From positions 4,736,001 through 4,800,000 of the forward strand of contig CAWAIF010000003.1 in NCBI GenBank assembly GCA_963782055.1: DNA of 64,000 nt. Direction: 5' to 3'. The position numbers were made by a program, and so were the translations under genes. This document shows, piece by piece, positions 60,089-64,000 of the stretch; position 1 is the first letter of the stretch, and each line of letters starts with the position of its first letter. Under the pieces are notes generated by a model, which saw nothing but the letters and a program-made list of their open reading frames with translations, made no database searches and was not told the DNA's origin. Source of the stretch: an uncultured delta proteobacterium. GTDB lineage: Bacteria; Myxococcota_A; Polyangia; Polyangiales; Polyangiaceae.

Positions 60089-60194
60089 GCGACGCGTCGG
60101 TCGTCGGCCCGGCGCCCCGGATCTGCTTTTCGCGCTTTTCTCGGCCGGAGAAGCGTGCGAAGAAAGCGCCCCGCTGGAGGACTGTACGAACCCG

Positions 60195-60941
60195 ATGTTT
60201 CGACTCGACGGAAAGGTAGCGCTCGTCACCGGCGGCTCGCGCGGGATCGGCCGCGCGGTGGCCGAGGCCCTCGCCGAGCAGGGCGCCGCGGTGATCGTCA
60301 ACTACGTCCGGGGTGAGGCGGCCGCGCGTGAGGTGGCCGACGGCATCGTCTCCCGCGGCGGCAAGGCGGAGATCGCCGGCTTCGACGTGGCCGACACCGC
60401 CGCGACCGAGGCCGCGATGGACGCCCTCATCAAGCAGCACGGCAAGCTGGACGTGCTCGTCGCCAACGCCGGCATCGCCATCGACGGCCTGCTGCTGCGT
60501 ATCAAGGACGAGGACCTGCAGAAGCTCTTCGACACCAACGTCAAGGGCACCCTCACCTGCGCCCGCGTCGCCACCAAGTCCATGATGCGCGCCAAGACCG
60601 GCCGGATCATCTTCCTGTCCTCCGTCGTCGGGGAGATGGGCAACGTCGGCCAGACGGCCTACGCCGCCACCAAGGCGGCGCTGCTCGGCGCCGCCAAGTC
60701 CATCGCGCGCGAGTACGCCTCCCGCAACATCACCGTCAACGCCGTGGCCCCCGGCTTCATCGACACCGACATGACACAGGCCATGAACGACGCCGCGAGG
60801 GACGCGGTCCTCAAGGCCATCCCCCTCGGCCGCACCGGCACCGCCCGGGAGGTCGCCGCGGCCTGCGCCTACCTCGCGAGCGACGAGGCGGCCTACGTCA
60901 CCGGCCAGGTCCTGCGCGTCAACGGCGGGATGTACGTCTAG
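60195..60941 (+). CDS. fabG: 3-oxoacyl-ACP reductase
   Basis: TGGSRGIG, NAGI, SSVVG, YAATK, APGFIDTDMT, NGGMY; fab cluster context. Confidence 0.95.
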   Translation: MFRLDGKVALVTGGSRGIGRAVAEALAEQGAAVIVNYVRGEAAAREVADGIVSRGGKAEIAGFDVADTAATEAAMDALIKQHGKLDVLVANAGIAIDGLLLRIKDEDLQKLFDTNVKGTLTCARVATKSMMRAKTGRIIFLSSVVGEMGNVGQTAYAATKAALLGAAKSIAREYASRNITVNAVAPGFIDTDMTQAMNDAARDAVLKAIPLGRTGTAREVAAACAYLASDEAAYVTGQVLRVNGGMYV

Positions 60942-61044
60942 TCACCCGGGCGGACGCGCGCCCCTATCCACGCGACATTCATCACTTTTCTTGCAGTCCT
61001 TCGCTTTTCGCGAAAAACCCCACGTTTTCTGATACGAGGCACGC

Positions 61045-61290
61045 ATGGCTCATGACATCCCGACCGAGGTCAAGCGCATCATCAAAGAGCAGCTCGACGT
61101 CGACGAGAAGGACATCAAGGCCGAATCCACGTTCATCGACGACCTCGGCGCGGATTCGCTAGGGCTGGTCGAGCTCGTTCTGGCCTTCGAAGAGGCCTTC
61201 GAGATCGACATTCCGGACGAGGACACCGAGAAGATCCGGACCGTCCAGGACGCGATTGACTACATCGAGAAGCACGCCAAGAAGAAGTAG
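61045..61290 (+). CDS. acpP: Acyl carrier protein
   Basis: [29 protein letters not shown]. Confidence 0.97.
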   Translation: MAHDIPTEVKRIIKEQLDVDEKDIKAESTFIDDLGADSLGLVELVLAFEEAFEIDIPDEDTEKIRTVQDAIDYIEKHAKKK

Positions 61291-61301
61291 TCGACCCTCT
61301 C

Positions 61302-61322
61302 CGGCAGCCGGTCGGGCTGCCG
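61302..61322 (+). terminator. Hairpin between acpP and fabF
   Basis: CGGCAGCC/GGCTGCCG arms. Confidence 0.4.
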
Positions 61323-61329
61323 AACCCCC

Positions 61330-62579
61330 ATGGCCATGGAACGCGTCGTCATCACCGGCATCGGGCTCGTCACTCCGGTCGCGACCGGAACGATGGAGTC
61401 GTGGCGGGCGCTTCTCGCCGGGCAGAGCGGCGTGGCGCCCATCACCCTCTTCGACACCACCGACTTCCGCGTCCGCATCGCGGGAGAGGTGAAGAACTGG
61501 GACCCCCTCCAGTTCATGGAGAAGAAGAAGCTCAAGGAGATGGACCGCTTCGCGCAGTTCGCGGTGGGCGCAGCCTACAACGCGATCCGCGACGCCCAGC
61601 TCGAGCTCGCCGACGAGGAGCGCGACGAGGCCGGCTGCTTCATCGGCGTCGGCCTGGGCGGCCTGCAGACACTCGAGCGCGCCAAGCAGACGCTGCTCGA
61701 GAAGGGCCCGCAGCGCATCAGCCCGTACAGCATCCCCGGCATCATCGCCAACATGGCGGCCGGTCAGGTGTCGATGGCCCACGGCCTGCGCGGCCCCTCG
61801 TACTGCACCACGAGCGCGTGCTCCAGCGGCGCCCACGCCCTCGGCGAGGCGACGGAGTGGATCCGCCGCGGCCGCTGCCAGGTGATGGTCGCGGGCGGTG
61901 CGGAGGCGACCGTCTCACCCGTCGGCATCGGCAGCTTCGAGGCGATGATGGCGCTCTCCCGCCGGAACGACGACCCCACCCGCGCCAGCCGGCCGTGGGA
62001 CAAGGGGCGCGACGGCTTCGTGTGCGGCGAGGGCTCCGGCGTGCTGGTGCTGGAGTCGCTCACCCGCGCGAAGAAGCGCGGCGCGCGCATCTACGCCGAG
62101 ATCACCGGCTACGGCGCGTCGAGCGACGCCTACCACCTCACGCAGCCCGCCCCCAACGGCGAGGGCGCGCAGCGATCCATGCGCATGGCCCTGAAGGACG
62201 CCGGCGTGGCGACGGACCAGGTCGACTACATCAACGCGCACGGCACCTCCACCCCGGTGGGCGACGTCGAGGAGTCCCGCGCGATCGAGGCGGTCTTCGG
62301 CGACCACGCGCGCAGCAAGAAGCTCTGGATCAGCTCCACCAAGTCGATGATGGGCCACCTCCTCGGCGCGGCGGGCGCGGTGGAGAGCGCGATCTGCGCC
62401 CTCACCATCGCCGAGGGCAAGATCCCCCCACCATCAACCTGGAAGAGCCCGACCCGGCCTGCGTGCTCGACTACGTCCCCAACGTCGCGCGCGAGCGGCA
62501 CGTCACCCACGCCCTCAACAACTCCTTCGGCTTCGGCGGGACCAACTGCAGCCTCGTGCTGTCGCGCTTCGAGGGCTAG
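61330..62579 (+). CDS. fabF: Beta-ketoacyl-ACP synthase II with an apparent 1-nt frameshift near 62424-62429
   Basis: [20 protein letters not shown] in the 61330 frame. The C-terminus [10 protein letters not shown]...[20 protein letters not shown] continues in the -1 frame to TAG 62579. Confidence 0.92.
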
Positions 62580-62592
62580 GTCGGTCCTCGCC

Positions 62593-63092
62593 GTGCGGTG
62601 CCCGTTCTGCTCCCACATGGAGAGCAAGGTCATCGACTCGCGGCTCTCGACGCCGGGGGACGTCACCCGCCGGCGGCGCGAGTGCGAGCGCTGCGCCCGC
62701 CGCTTCACCACCTACGAGCGCGTGGAGGACGTGCTGCCGCTGGTGGCCAAGAAGGACATGCGCCGCGAGCCCTACGACCGGCAGAAGCTCCTCGCCGGCG
62801 TCCGCAAGGCCTGCGACAAGCGCGCGGTGCCACAGGAGAAGCTGGAGGAGCTGCTCGACGGCATCGAGCGCGAGCTCGCCGAGACGGGAGAGCGCGAGGT
62901 GAGCTCGCTCGACCTCGGCGAGAAGGTGATGCTGCGCCTGCGCGACCTGGACGAGGTGGCGTACGTGCGCTTCGCCAGCGTCTACCGCTCCTTCCGCGAC
63001 ATCGCCGAGTTCCAGGCCGAGCTGGATCGCATCGCCCAGCAGAAGCGCGAGGAGAGCGACCGGCCGCCGCCCTCGCCGGAAGGGGGCGGGCG

Positions 63093-63096
<4 letters not shown>
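62593..63096 (+). CDS. nrdR: Transcriptional repressor NrdR
   Basis: GTG start; RCPFC...VIDSR...[17 protein letters not shown]...[11 protein letters not shown]. Confidence 0.95.

Positions 63097-64000
<904 letters not shown>

Overview
Very GC-rich bacterial chromosomal window. The gene content (eukaryote-like Ser/Thr kinases, FHA and PP2C proteins, many Cys-rich lipoproteins with DAG-type linkers, an ECF sigma/anti-sigma module, a sterol reductase) points to Myxococcota, probably Polyangiaceae-like; this is inferred, not searched. About 61 CDS, with no recognisable rRNA, tRNA, CRISPR array, transposase or prophage. Housekeeping genes include ltaE, guaB, lipB, cobB and a yceD-rpmF-fabH-fabD-fabG-acpP-fabF-nrdR-ribD cluster that lacks plsX and has a 1-nt frameshift in fabF. 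The best candidate for an undescribed system is at 38.3-44.0 kb. There an MNIO (DUF692) and DUF2063 RiPP maturase pair closes a tightly coupled cobB-hydrolase-SDR-sterol reductase operon and faces a probably lipid-anchored, Cys-rich precursor-like gene with two CxGxNxCxG repeats. Other notable items are a tandem HARE-HTH protein with an apparently inactive Mrr domain, a UshA-like multiheme cytochrome, a trans-envelope-type MlaD, a BKACE operon, a shared candidate ECF promoter motif and a 29-bp inverted repeat upstream of yceD. All family calls come from motif recognition by eye, and many start codons were re-chosen manually.
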